Shown here in pieces: positions 50,301-62,784 of a stretch of DNA of 64,000 nt. The translations under genes and the position numbers were made by a program. Origin of the DNA: Anthoceros angustus. Its lineage: Eukaryota; Plantae; Anthocerotophyta. The first letter of the stretch is position 1; the number at the start of each line of letters is the position of its first letter. The notes under the pieces were generated by a model, which searched no databases, had not been told where the DNA came from, and was given only the letters and a program-made list of their open reading frames with translations. The DNA lies in the NCBI GenBank assembly GCA_010909165.1, contig VJWM01000108.1, positions 496,001 through 560,000 on the forward strand. Reading direction: 5' to 3'.

Positions 50301-53300
50301 TAAAGCAAAAGAGAAAGATAGCTCTGACAAAAAAGAGAAACCAGGTACACCCAAGAAAGAAAAAGAAAAGCCAAACATGCCCAAAAATGAAAAAGAAAAA
50401 CCCAGCACGCCAAAGAAAGAGAAGGAGGAAAAATCTGGTACTCCGAAAAAGGAGAAAGATAAACCAAGCACTCCAAAAGCCGAAAAGCAAACTGGTGGAA
50501 AAGTGCCAAAGGAAGACAAGTCAACAAAATCAGTGGCAGGAATGCCAAATAAGAAAGGTATTATTAGCACGTACGAGCCTATTAGAAGTTAAGATAAAAT
50601 ATTTTCTTCTATTCCTCTTACAATTTTTCATTTTTTATTTTGAAGGAAAACAAGGCAGCCTCAAAGGAGGTGGTAAGATGAGATCGAAATCGGATGCATT
50701 TTTTTTTATCCATCCCATCGCAATGGAACTTAAAGTAAACGAGAGTCAAGTGTTGCGAGTATTTGGCTATCCTGGTAAGGTAAGAATTTACAAAGGCTAA
50801 ACAGAGAAAAAAGACATTTGAAAGTGCGGAAAGCCTAACTTTAGAAGTTTAGTTTCTACATTTTTTAGACCAGTACGGAGAAGGAGTACTATTCTACTAA
50901 TGTTTTATTTTTTGGCTAATATTTTTCTTATATTGATGGACACATGTATTAGGATCATTTGGGACAATGTGAAGGAAGATTAATTTTAAGAGTGAAAGAT
51001 AATCCAGATCCAATTGAGATCAAGGTTGTATGCTTAGCTGACTTTCCTCATGTGGAGCTGGAACCTAATATCATCACATTTGAGCGCTTACTTATTGGAT
51101 ATTCAGCAAGAAAACAATTGAATATAACGTATGGAATAAAATTCATTGGTGCATTGTGGTGGTTTGTAAAATTATGAAAAACATAGGATCAATTTTTGTA
51201 ACATAAAAGTTATATATGTTTTTTTACCTTAAATTGAGCCTACATTTATAATGAGCTATATTGATCTTGAAATTGCATATCCTTTACAGAAATGTGTCAG
51301 CATTAAAAGTCATGTGGAGATTTACTGGACTTGAGAATCTTCCAAGAGAATTTTGCCTTTCCGAGATAGATGGCCTTCTTGATCCAAATTGTAGTACAAT
51401 GCTTAGTGTGATTTTTACATCGATAGAGGAGAAAATGTTCAATCAAAAATTGGTGTTGCAGGTACATGTCTTTCTTTCTGACACCTTATATTTTGAAGGA
51501 AAGGAAAGTTAATTGAGTGCATCTATTTTGCAAAATTTCAAGAGAATATTATTTGTACTTACTTTATAGAGTTTCTAGGTTAGCGATAGCAAGGATCCGT
51601 CTAATGTGACTCAAGAATTACCTGTGGTTATAAATGCTGAGGCATACAAGATAGACTTCAACCTCAAATGGCCTACAAACAAAGGAGAACAAGCGCCAAT
51701 GGTAGGACTCAATTACGGTACCCTAAAGGTTGGAGAGGATTCTTCAAAACCTATTGTCCTAGAAAACAAAGGCAAATATGCAATAAATTTCTTGTTTGTA
51801 ATGACAACACGCCTTATAAAAGAGCTATTCATCATTTCTACAATGGAAGGAGAATTAAAGCCCAAAGGATCTGCCACTGTAAGCCTAGTATTCAATGTTT
51901 TGCAAACCATTTTTCTGATGTAGATCAAGTATTAAATATCTAACTTTTACAAGGTTCATGACAATCTTTAGGTGAACGTTCACTTTGGTAAAGAAAAGAA
52001 GTTAGAAAGAGAAGTATGCCTAAGACACAATGAAGACGTGAGACTAGATATAATAGATTCATATCGGGGCAAAGTAGAACAATCTATCACCATCTATGTA
52101 GACGTGGAAACTGTTTACTCAAAATATGCATTACTGCCAAATCACGGAATTCATTTTGGATACCAGACTTGTTTGATCCCGTCAGAGCCAAGGATCTTGA
52201 AAATAGTGAACACCGGCTTTTTCCCATTCAAATACCATCTTATAGATGGAGCAATACCTTTTGTAAAAGAGCAACCCCTCATGGAAGATGAGGATGTGGG
52301 CATACCAGGTACAGAAACCAATATTTCTATATTATATGAGCCTTAGTAATACTACAACTTTGGTTTATATATCTAAAATTATAAGTTGTATTGATTAAGT
52401 TCTTTCGCTATTAAATTTGTACGATGGTATATAGGTTTTCCTATCTCTTTGTCATATTCAATAAATGTTACATGCTGATTAGTTAAAGGCTTTTGAAAAT
52501 TGCCCCAGGTAAAGGCGATAAAAAGGATAAGAAGGATAAGAAGAATAAGATGCAAAATACAGAGGACAAAAAAGAAGAGGCATTACTGGGAAAAGAACAA
52601 ATAGCTAATAAAGAAGGAAAGAAAGACAAGAAAGATGCTGAGGAATCAGGTTCTCCAAAAGCAGGGAAAAAGAAAGGAAAAGAAGATGAGGAGTTAGGTT
52701 CTCCAACAGCAGGGAAAAAGAAAGGCAAAGAAGACGAGGAGTTAGGTTCTCCAAAAGCAGGGAAAAAGAAAGGAAAAGAAGATGAGGAGTCAGGTTCTCC
52801 AACAGCAGGGAAAAAGAAAGGTAAGGAAGACGAGGAGTTAGGTTCTCCAAAAGCAGGTAAAAAGAAGGGAAAAGAAGACGATACTAAGAAACAAAAAGAG
52901 AAGTCCGATGCTTCAGATAAGGTAGGAGGCAAGGATGGGAAAAAGGGTGACAAAGGGAGCAATAAGGAGTTGCCCATAGAGATCTTACAAATGAGGACTT
53001 TAACTATAAATTCAGCTCTAGGAATTGTGCATCCAGGAACTTCAAAAGATGTTTCTGTTATTTTCTTATCCACTATTCCTTGCAATATTGTGGAAAAGAT
53101 TAGAATTGAGATAGAAGATGAAAGCCCATTCACCCATCCTGATGGACATTATTATGAGATCTCTGCAAACTCATGTTGGCCCGGAATATGTGTAGAGCCA
53201 GAAGTGATATTTGAAGAGCATAGACTTGTTGATAATTTTGATCTTCCGGGTCCAACTCCACCATATGGAACATTCTCAAAGCACGATGAAGTCTTTTCTT

Positions 53301-56300
53301 TCGGAGCAGTAGTATTAGGATTCGAGAGATCAACTGGAACTGAACTCAATGCTCCATGCAAGACACCCAAAGGAGTGAAAGCCAATTTTCGAATTGATAA
53401 TCCTTTTAAAGTCCCATGTACAGTGAATTTTTCGATTATTCCGTGCAACCCAGAAGCGGACTTAGTTGGATCTACTCAAGAGCCGTTCTGCATGGAAGTT
53501 CAACCAACACATGTTCATATCCCACCTCATGAATATCGATATGTGTGTCTTTGTTTTAGACCTCTATCAATGCAAAAGTATTGTGCTCATTTTGAGGCGA
53601 ATGTAGTAGGTGCCGGAGATACACCAAATAAACAATTTAGATGTGGCCTAAAAGGAGAGGGAACTTTGCCTCATGTCAAGATAAAGGTCCCATCACTACT
53701 AAGCCCGAGGCCTAAGCTTGGCTTAAGTTTCCACACATCCACAGAGGTAGATCTAGGTGTCTCCCAATAGTGCTACATAATAATGGTTTGGTTTTTTGAT
53801 TGCTTGGATTGCTATGGCTGCACCAATTCCATGGATCCAAATGACTTTCGATTTGAATGGCACATTCGTCCCCTTAAAGGTGAAGAAAAAGTTTAACGTG
53901 GCAATCAACGAAACAAAGACCATTATGATTTATGTAGCAGCACATGATGTGGCAAAATACACACAAGAGATTAGATTGATGATTGATGAGAATCCCTTTG
54001 ATAGCTCGACAATCTTGATAACCGGAGAAGGATATAATCCCGATGTCATGTGTTTGGGTCTACCCAATAATGATAACAACGATGAAGAAATACACTTTGC
54101 CGACGGGCCAGTTGGCTTGGCTCGTTCCACTACTTTCACTCTTCAAAATAATACATTGGATAAGGATTGGAAATTTATTTGTCCCTCCATTCCCTTCATA
54201 AAGTTCACCCCGACTATAGGCCATCTGAGAGCTGGAACTTCAAAGAGCATGATTGTCACTTTTCATCCCACTGCTACAGTAGAGTACAAAAACAAAGAGA
54301 TGAAGATGGAATTGAGCAATATCATCTACAAGCTACAAGAGGGCTGCGAACTAATCGACTGGGATGATAGATTGTCTAAGCCCGAGGAACCCAAAGGCAG
54401 CAAAAAAGAGGGCGGAGCACCTGGTGGTAAGAAGGGGAAGCAAACTCCAGCTGGAGATGGTGAGAAGAACAAGGATAAGAAACAAAACAAAGATGGTTCC
54501 AAGAGTAAGAAGGGAGAAAAGGAGGCATCACCAAATGATGATGCTCCAACCAAAGAGTACAAGAAGCAAGACAAGGGAAGGAAAGCAAAGAAAAGAACAA
54601 ATAGCTAATAAAGAAGGAAAAGAAAAGAAGAAAGATGTCGAGGAATCAGGTTCTCCAAAAGGTGGAAAAAGAAAGGAAAAGAAGATGAGGAGTTAGGTTC
54701 TCCAATGTTAGGAAAAGAAAGGCAAAGAAGACGAGGAGTTAGGTTCTCCAAAAGGAAAAGAAAGGAAAAGAAGATGAGGAGTCAGGTTCTCCAACAGCAG
54801 GGAAAAAGAAAGGTAAGGAAGACGAGGAGTTAGGTTCTCCAAAAGCAGGTAAAAAGAAGGGAAAAGAAGACGATACTAAGAAACAAAAAGAGAAGTCCGA
54901 TGCTTCAGATAAGGTAGGAGGCAAGGATGGGAAAAAGGGTGACAAAGGGAGCAATAAGGAGTTGCCCATAGAGATCTTACAAATGAGGACTTTAACTATA
55001 AATTCAGCTCTAGGAATTGTGCATCCAGGAACTTCAAAAGATGTTTCTGTTATTTTCTTATCCACTATTCCTTGCAATATTGTGGAAAAGATTAGAATTG
55101 AGATAGAAGATGAAAGCCCATTCACCCATCCTGATGGACATTATTATGAGATCTCTGCAAACTCATGTTGGCCCGGAATATGTGTAGAGCCAGAAGTGAT
55201 ATTTGAAGAGCATAGACTTGTTGATAATTTTGATCTTCCGGGTCCAACTCCACCATATGGAACATTCTCAAAGCACGATGAAGTCTTTTCTTTCGGAGCA
55301 GTAGTATTAGGATTCGAGAGATCAACTGGAACTGAACTCAATGCTCCATGCAAGACACCCAAAGGAGTGAAAGCCAATTTTCGAATTGATAATCCTTTTA
55401 AAGTCCCATGTACAGTGAATTTTTCGATTATTCCGTGCAACCCGGACTTAGTTGGATCTACTCAAGAGCGCATGGAAGTTCAACCAACACATGTTCATAT
55501 CCCACCTCATGAATATCGATATGTGTGTCTTTGTTTTAGACCTCTATCAATGCAAAAGTATTGTGCTCATTTTGAGGCGAATGTAGTAGGTGCCGGAGAT
55601 ACACCAAATAAACAATTTAGATGTGGCCTAAAAGGAGAGGGAACTTTGCCTCATGTCAAGATAAAGGTCCCATCACTACTAAGCCCCGAAGGCCTAGCTT
55701 GGCTTAAGTTTCCACACATCCCTGTAGGTAGATCTAGGTGTCTCCCAATAGTGCTACATAATAATGGTTTGGTGCCTGTCGTTGCTTGGATTGCTATGGC
55801 TGCACCAATTCCATGGATCCAAATGACTTTCGATTTGAATGGCACATTCGTCCCCTTAAAGGTGAAGAAAAAGTTTAACGTGGCAATCAACGAAACAAAG
55901 ACCATTATGATTTATGTAGCAGCACATGATGTGGCAAAATACACACAAGAGATTAGATTGATGATTGATGAGAATCCCTTTGATAGCTCGACAATCTTGA
56001 TAACCGGAGAAGGATATAATCCCGATGTCATGTGTTTGGGTCTACCCAATAATGATAACAACGATGAAGAAATACACTTTGCCGACGGGCGGTTGGCTTG
56101 GCTGCTCCACTACTTTCACTCTTCAAAATAATACATTGGATAAGGATTGGAAATTTATTTGTCCCTCCATTCCCTTCATAAAGTTCACCCCGACTATAGG
56201 CCATCTGAGAGCTGGAACTTCAAAGAGCATGATTGTCACTTTTCATCCCAATCGCTATGTGAGAGTACAAAACAAAGAGATGAAGATGGAATTGAGCAAT

Positions 56301-59300
56301 ATCATCTACAAGCTACAAGAGGGCTGCGAACTAATCGACTGGGATGATAGATTGTCTAAGCCCGAGGAACCCAAAGGCAGCAAAAAAGAGGGCGGAGCAC
56401 CTGGTGGTAAGAAGGGGAAGCAAACTCCAGCTGGAGATGGTGAGAAGAACAAGGATAAGAAACAAAACAAAGATGGTTCCAAGAGTAAGAAGGGAGAAAA
56501 GGAGGCATCACCAAATGATGATGCTCCAACCAAAGAGTACAAGAAGCAAGACAAGGGAGGGAAAGCAAAGAAAAGAACAGAGGAATCGTCATCAAAAGAT
56601 TTACATGTGGATGGTAAAGGTGGTAAGGGCCCAGGTGATAAGAAAGGAGACTCAAAGAAAGGAGAGGAGGCAAACGAAGAAGAGGTGACCAATGAGATTG
56701 TGTATGCAGTGGAGCCGGCACATGAGGTAGTGAAAGGTAGCAATAAGCAGTTGGTATTAAGAGTGAATGCAATAGCGGACAACATTCGATATGCTTGCAC
56801 TACCAAGGAAATATGCTTCCGCACTACCATGATGTTTCAAACTAGAAGCATAACATTCCCAGTGAAGAATTTGAGCAAGGCTTGCCTTTCTTTTGCTTGG
56901 CAGGTACCGGTTTGTTACATTTTCAATCCTTCTTGTGATGCAATTGTTGCCACAATAGTCATCTCTATACACAAGTGCAAGCAAGCATTGGATGATTTTG
57001 GTGCAAGAGGGTTTAGGGTTCTAGGGTGACTTGGTGCGGTGCATTGATGATGTGTGTGCGTCTGTCTGCGCAGGTGGAGACAATGGAGGGAGTTGTGGAC
57101 AGGAGGGGACTGTACACGGTGGTGCCCGCCACGGGACAGATTGCGAGCGGGGAGGAAATGAACATGACGGTGCGATTTGCGCCACGGGAGATCGAAGATT
57201 GCAGCCGGGTGCTGGCGTGCGAGATCGAGCACCTCCACGAGGAGATGGAGCCCATGAGGGTGGAGGTGACGGGGAAGGTTACTCGGCCATGGTGCCACTT
57301 CGAGCTGGCGCGCAGCGACTACATCACGGCGCTGCGCAGGGACCCGGCGCTGCCAGGGCCGGATGGGCAGCAGGGCCCGCTGGACCCGGGCACGCACATC
57401 ATCGAGGTCACGTCCATCGGAACGCAGGTGCGCAACAAGCTGAGCTTCATCGCCATCAACCCGACCAACAGGGCGTACGAGTTCATGTGGCAGGCCAACA
57501 AGAAGCCCAAGCCGGTGCCGCCCGTGTCGGCGGAGCAGCGGTGCTGCGACAAGCCCAGCGGCTGCTGCAGGGACCCCTTCCGCTGCCTCAGCACGGGCGG
57601 GGAGATGGGACCAGGAGCGCGCTACGAGATGCGCTTCGAGTTCGTCCCGACGCAGCTCGACCTGCACGAGAGCTTCTGGAGCTTCAACATCCTGGAGCTG
57701 GACATCTCGGTGCAGTTCCTGCTGGTGGGCCGGGTGAAGAAGCCGGACGTGAGCCTGGACCAGGCCTGCGTCAACTTCGGCCTGGTGCAGGTGGGGAAGA
57801 AGGACCGCCGGCTGCTCAACCTGTTGAACGCGGAGCAGGTGCCCTACTCCTTCCAGTTCGACAGATCCACCTACAGCTCCACCATCCTGCGCTTCACCCC
57901 CGACAAGGGCATCGTGCGGGAGCTGTCGACGCTGCCCCTGGAGGTGGTGTTCGCCCCCGTCTCCGAGGGCCCGCACAACTTCAACGTCCTCTGCAACATC
58001 ATCACGGGTTCCTTGCTCAGCGTGAACGTCAAGGGGGACGCCTACGCCATCCACGAGCGGATCTACATGGAGGCGTCCGCCGACGGCCTTCCCCCCATCC
58101 TCCTCACCGCCATTGACACCAACACTGTGCACTACGGCCAGGTGCTCATCAACGACACTGTGGTTCGCACTCTCACCTTCGCCAACGCCGGCACCAGGCC
58201 CTACGAATTCCACTGGCACCTCCCCGACACTCCCGACGCTCAGCTGTCCGTGGATCCTGTGGCCTCGGCCGTGGGCGTGGGCGGCGAGCAGATCACTTGC
58301 CTCCTCTCGCTCTGCCCGGCCAGCCCCTGCGCCGACCTCGCCGTCCCCGTTTCCTTCTCCATCCTCCATGGCCCCACCTACAGGTAAGCGATTTCTAGTG
58401 CTTTTCTGCTTTGCTAGTCTCTCCTCTCCTAACATTACTAGTCTTATTAGCGGGCGATGGAACCCTAGGATTCCCCCCATGTTGAAACCCTAGCATTTAC
58501 CCCATCTCAAGCATTCCCCCCATCCCAAGCATTTCCCCCATCCCAAGCATTCCCCCCATCGCAAGCATTCCCCCCATCCCAAGCATTCCCCCCATCCCAA
58601 GCATTCCCCATCCCAAGCATTCTCCCATGTTGAAACCCGGATTCCTCATGTTGAAACCCTAGCATCCCCCATGTTGAAAACCTAACTAGCATTCCCCCAT
58701 GTTGAAACCCTAGCATCCCCCCATGTTGAAAACCTAACTAGCATTCCCCCATGTTGAAAACCTAACTAGCATTCCCCCCATGTTGAAACCCTAGCATTCC
58801 CCATGTTGAAAACCTAGCTAGCATTCCCCCCATGTTCAAACCCTAGGAAGCACTCCCCTCATGTTAAAACCCTAGGAAGCATTCCCCACATGTGCATTCC
58901 CCCCATGTTAAAACCCTAGGAAGCATTCCCCCCATGTTGAAACCCTAGGATCCCCCCCGTGTTGAAACCCTAGGATTCGTCCCGTGTTGAAACCCTAGGA
59001 TTCGTCCCGTGTTGAAACCCTATGATTCTTCCCGTGTTGAAACCCGGATTCCTCATGTTGAAACCCTAGGATTCCCATGATGCCATGTTGAAACCCTAAG
59101 ATTCCTATGATGCCATGTTAAAACCCTAGGATTCCTATGATGCCATGTTGAAACCCTAGGATTCCTATGATGCCATGTTGAAACCCTAAGATTCCTATGA
59201 TGCCATGTTGAAACCCTAGGATTCCTATGACGCCATGTTGAAACCCTAGGATTCCTATGATGCCATGTTGAAACCCTAGGATTCCTATGATGCCATGTTG

Positions 59301-62300
59301 AAACCTTAGGATTCCTATGATGCCTTGTTGAAACCCTAACGCCGCTGACCCCACTTTTCTTTTGCTTGCCTTTGCATCGTCTTCACTTGCATTTGTTCTC
59401 TCACACCCGTTGTCTGGCGGCCATGGCTGCAGGCTGGTGCTGGCGGGCACCGCGTACAGGCCCAAGGTGCATTTCAGCTTCCTGTCTTACGATTTCGGGC
59501 CAACCTTCCCCTACGTGTCCGGGCTGGAGCCCGCTGCGACAGTGCTGGAGATCGAGAACAGGGCATCCTACGACACAGTGGTGGAGCTGCAGTACGACAA
59601 CACGGTGCCGGAAGTGGAGGTGGAGACGGGAACCAGGCGGCTGCACATGGCGCCGGGGCAGGCGGTCAGCATGCGCATCATCTTCCGGCCGCGGATGCTT
59701 GGCCCCTTCAAGGCCACCGTGCCCTTCAAGATCAATAGCCTGGACACGGTGAACATCGCGGTGGCCGGGGAGGGGGTCCCCGTGCACCTGGACCTCCTGG
59801 ACCCCAAGCAGAAGTGCCTGACCTTCAAGCCGCTCAAGCTGGGGCAGACTGCCAAGATCGCGGTGAAGCTGGTGAACCGCAGCCGAGCCCAGATGCACCT
59901 CAGCTTCCAGCCCAGCCGCGCGGCCCTGGCGCAGTTCGACGTGGAGGCCCTGCCGGCGGAGGGGCTGGACATCCGGCCGCGCATGTCGGGCGTGGCGGAG
60001 CTGCATTTCCGGCCGCACTGCCGGATCCCGGCCTTCACCGAGGGTTTGGAGGTGGACGTGTCCGGCACCAAATGGACGGTGCTGTGGGTGTCGGGGGCCT
60101 GCGTCGGGACTCAGGTCAGTCTGAGCAGCAACAACCTTCCCTTCGGCGAGGTGGTGTTGGGTTCCCGCCAGTCCAAGAAGCTCAGCATTCACAACACGGG
60201 GGATATGGGCACCAACTTCCACTTCGCCGTCTCCCCCGACTTGGCTGCAGACTTCACCATCTTCCCCGAGGACGGGTTTCTGGCGCCGCAGCAGGTGGCG
60301 CTGGTGGATATTACTTTCCACCCGTCCAAGGTGAACCCGGATGTGAGCGTGGAGAACATCCCCTGCCAGGTGGAGTGCGGGGATACGCAGTATCTGACGC
60401 TCACGGGGAGGTGCGTGGAGCACGCCCCGGCCGAGGCCCTGCTGGCCTTCACGGCCCCGGTGCGGAGCTCGCACACCATCACCATCCAGCTCAAGAACGA
60501 GACGGAGGAGGACTGGCTGCTGCTCCCCAGGATCCGGAACCAGTACTGGAAGGCCCCGACCCATGTGGCTGTCAAGGCGGGGCAGGTTGTGGGCTACAAT
60601 GTCACCTACACGCCCATGCACATGTGCCCGACTGTCATCACGCCTCCTCCTGCTGCTCCTGTCACTCCTGCTGCTGGTCCTGCAGCCAAGAAGGGGAAGG
60701 CTGCTGCTGCTGCTGTTCCGACCAGCGTGCTGGTGAAGCACCAGGGATCCGTCTTCTTCCCTCTTCCGGATGGCTCTGCGCTCTTCTATGACCTAGTGGG
60801 GGATACGCAGCCGCCGCTGTCGGCTGGGGATGTCAAGTATGATGTCAAGGCACGGTGTGATCACCCCGTGCACTTGCAGGTGCTCAACTGGCTCAAGGTT
60901 CCCCAGCAGTTCACCATCTCTGTGCAGCTCTCCAAGCCTGCGGGTGGGACGGGAACGGATAAGAAGGATGGTAGGAGCAAGTCCCCTACAGCTGCTGATA
61001 AGGAGAAGGAGAAGAAGAAGGCTGCTGCTGATAAGGAGAAGGAGAAAAAGAAGGCTGCTGCTGACAAGGAGAAAGAGAAGAAGCCCAAAGCAGCAGCTGA
61101 GCCCACCAAAGGCGGTGCCAAGGGGTCTCCCGATCAGCAGCAGCAGTTGTACGACACCCTTAAGGGCCCCACGCTCATCGATGTGCCGGGCAACTCTTCC
61201 AGGGACTGCGTACTCCACTTCTACGCCCAGAAGCCGGGCCTCACAGCTGCACTGGTTACCTTCACCAACCAGGCCTCCGGGGAGTACATCTTCTACAACA
61301 TCACCTTTGAGGCCAGCGAGCCGGACCTTGTCCAGCAGCTGCTCTTCCGCTGTCTGGTGAGGCACAAGCAGACCAAGACCATCAACTTCACCAATCCGCT
61401 GGATGTCCCCGTCACTCTCACTTGTCTCTGCGAGCACGAGGACATCACTGTGCCGCCCGCCTTCGACCTGCTGCCCAAAGCCTCTCTCCCTGTGGAAGTG
61501 TCGTATCGTCCCATCTTGGAAACCAGCTGCGACACCATTCTCACCCTCTCCAACCCTCTCCTGGGAGACTATCTGTACAGCCTCAAGCTCTTAGGCCTGG
61601 CCCCTGCCTTCGAGCTACCTCTCAGTTTTGTAGTGCCTCTGGGCAGTCAGCAGGCCAAACCTTGCTTCTTCACGCACTACTTCCACGACAAGACTACCTA
61701 CACCTGTGAAATCAATCAGGCTGGACTTGATGGAGGCTTTTCCGTGGATTCCAAAGTTAACGCAGATGCGGCAACCTCGGAACTAGGTGTTCCTGTTCAG
61801 GTAATGTTACTTCTCCTCCTCGCTGCCCTCCCTCTCCTCTACTACTACTCGCTTTTCGTGACATGCATGCCATCCTTCAAAACCCACAAGAGCAACAAAC
61901 TGCAGGAGCTGACAAAATGCACACTAACACGCAACTAAAACTAAAAACATTTGGAACAAACAGATGTTGGTGAAATTTGAACCTCACGATGTGGTCACCA
62001 AGTTGCAAGGCCAGCTGACTCTATCTTCACCAACAGCGGGCACCTACAAGTGCAACTTGTTTGGAACTTGCACGCCACCTAGTCCCCAAGGTCCTATTCT
62101 TGTGATCAAGGGTAAAGGGCAAGCTAATTTCTCTAACGTGTTCTTGAAACCGGTGCAATACGTCTACACCGTGGACAACCCTGCATTTACGGTTGGGAAA
62201 GGAGAAAAGATGGCTCCCGAAAAGGCCACCAAAATTTCAATCTCCTTCAAGAGCTCGCCGACAGCATCCAAAAATGGGCGGCTCACCATTAGCTCTCCAG

Positions 62301-62500
62301 ACGTGGATTACTCTTGGCTCTTCTATCTTCAGGCTTTAGATGAAGAACCCGTGTATTGCCATGTCCCTGCCACAGACAAGGACAAGAAAAAGGGAGACAA
62401 AAAAGATGACAAGAAGAGCGATAAAAAAGACGACAAGAAGGGAGACAAGAAGGATGAAAAGAAAGGGGATAAGAAGGATAAGAAAGCTGCGAAGAAGTAG
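35381..62500 (+). CDS. HYDIN: HYDIN, axonemal central-pair protein (ASH/Ig-like repeats plus adenylate-kinase-like domain); many exons, interrupted by local duplications
   Basis: DEPLFQPFPPVINFRNYQAF..LQLRNND; QIFDILPIRGHLAPGHCERIEFSYF; many DFG-x-V ASH repeats; P-loop ILYGAPMIGKTSQ (~45030-45068); TRWLIPP; FRTTMMFQTR; RPWCHFELARSDY; LHESFWSF; LFGTCTPPSPQGP; WLFYLQ. Stop at 62498-62500; the start codon is tentative. Confidence 0.93.
45682..50530. repeat. Nested tandem duplications in HYDIN (45682-47223 repeated from 47224; ~48298-49401 repeated from 49402)
   Basis: Identical peptides recur in the ORF track (TLLDEDTDSQ..., QNGFENKTRWLIPP three times, KDPDHCKKLF twice). Confidence 0.92.
52591..56579. 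repeat. ~2.0-kb tandem duplication in HYDIN (copy 2 starts at 54591)
   Basis: Junction microhomology AAAAGAACA; ORFs 52493/54962 and 53796/56025 duplicate each other. Confidence 0.92.
52640..52880 (+). repeat. Coding 48-bp repeat, 5 copies (GSP[K/T]AGKKKGKEDEE[L/S]) in HYDIN
   Basis: Visible in ORF 52493-53770. Confidence 0.9.
58460..59340. repeat. Intronic compound minisatellite: ~18-bp CCCATCCCAAGCATTCCC, ~22-25-bp CCCATGTTGAAACCCTAGCATT, and ~9-10 copies of 30-bp GTTGAAACCCTAGGATTCCTATGATGCCAT
   Basis: Directly visible inside HYDIN intron 58384-59432; most of the longer units contain the plant telomere heptamer AAACCCT. Confidence 0.93.
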
Positions 62501-62784
62501 GCCGATGCAGGTAACATTATTTTTTCACATCTTTGGTACAATCAATCAAGGGTTGTTCAAACATAGCCGTCTACTTGAACACTTGTTGCTGCTGGCTAGC
62601 TGTGACACAATTTTGTTGGCAAACAATTTCATCAGTTGTTTGCAAGTATGAACATATCAAGTCTACCTAACAGTGAGGGCATATCGAGTTCAGAGATGAT
62701 GCGATTAAATTAACCTCAATAATCTACAATCTTCGCAAATCCTAATCCTTCTGGATACAATTCTGCACAAGGTAGCTGTAGGTG

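Noticed and set aside
56915-61437. Long antisense or alternate-frame ORFs (521, 446, 361, 325 aa)
   Set aside because: Expected by-product of the extreme GC3 bias in the HYDIN exons.
57075-61800. Horizontal transfer or contaminant origin of the GC-rich block
   Set aside because: It encodes the collinear continuation of HYDIN joined by normal GT-AG introns; retained only as a composition anomaly.
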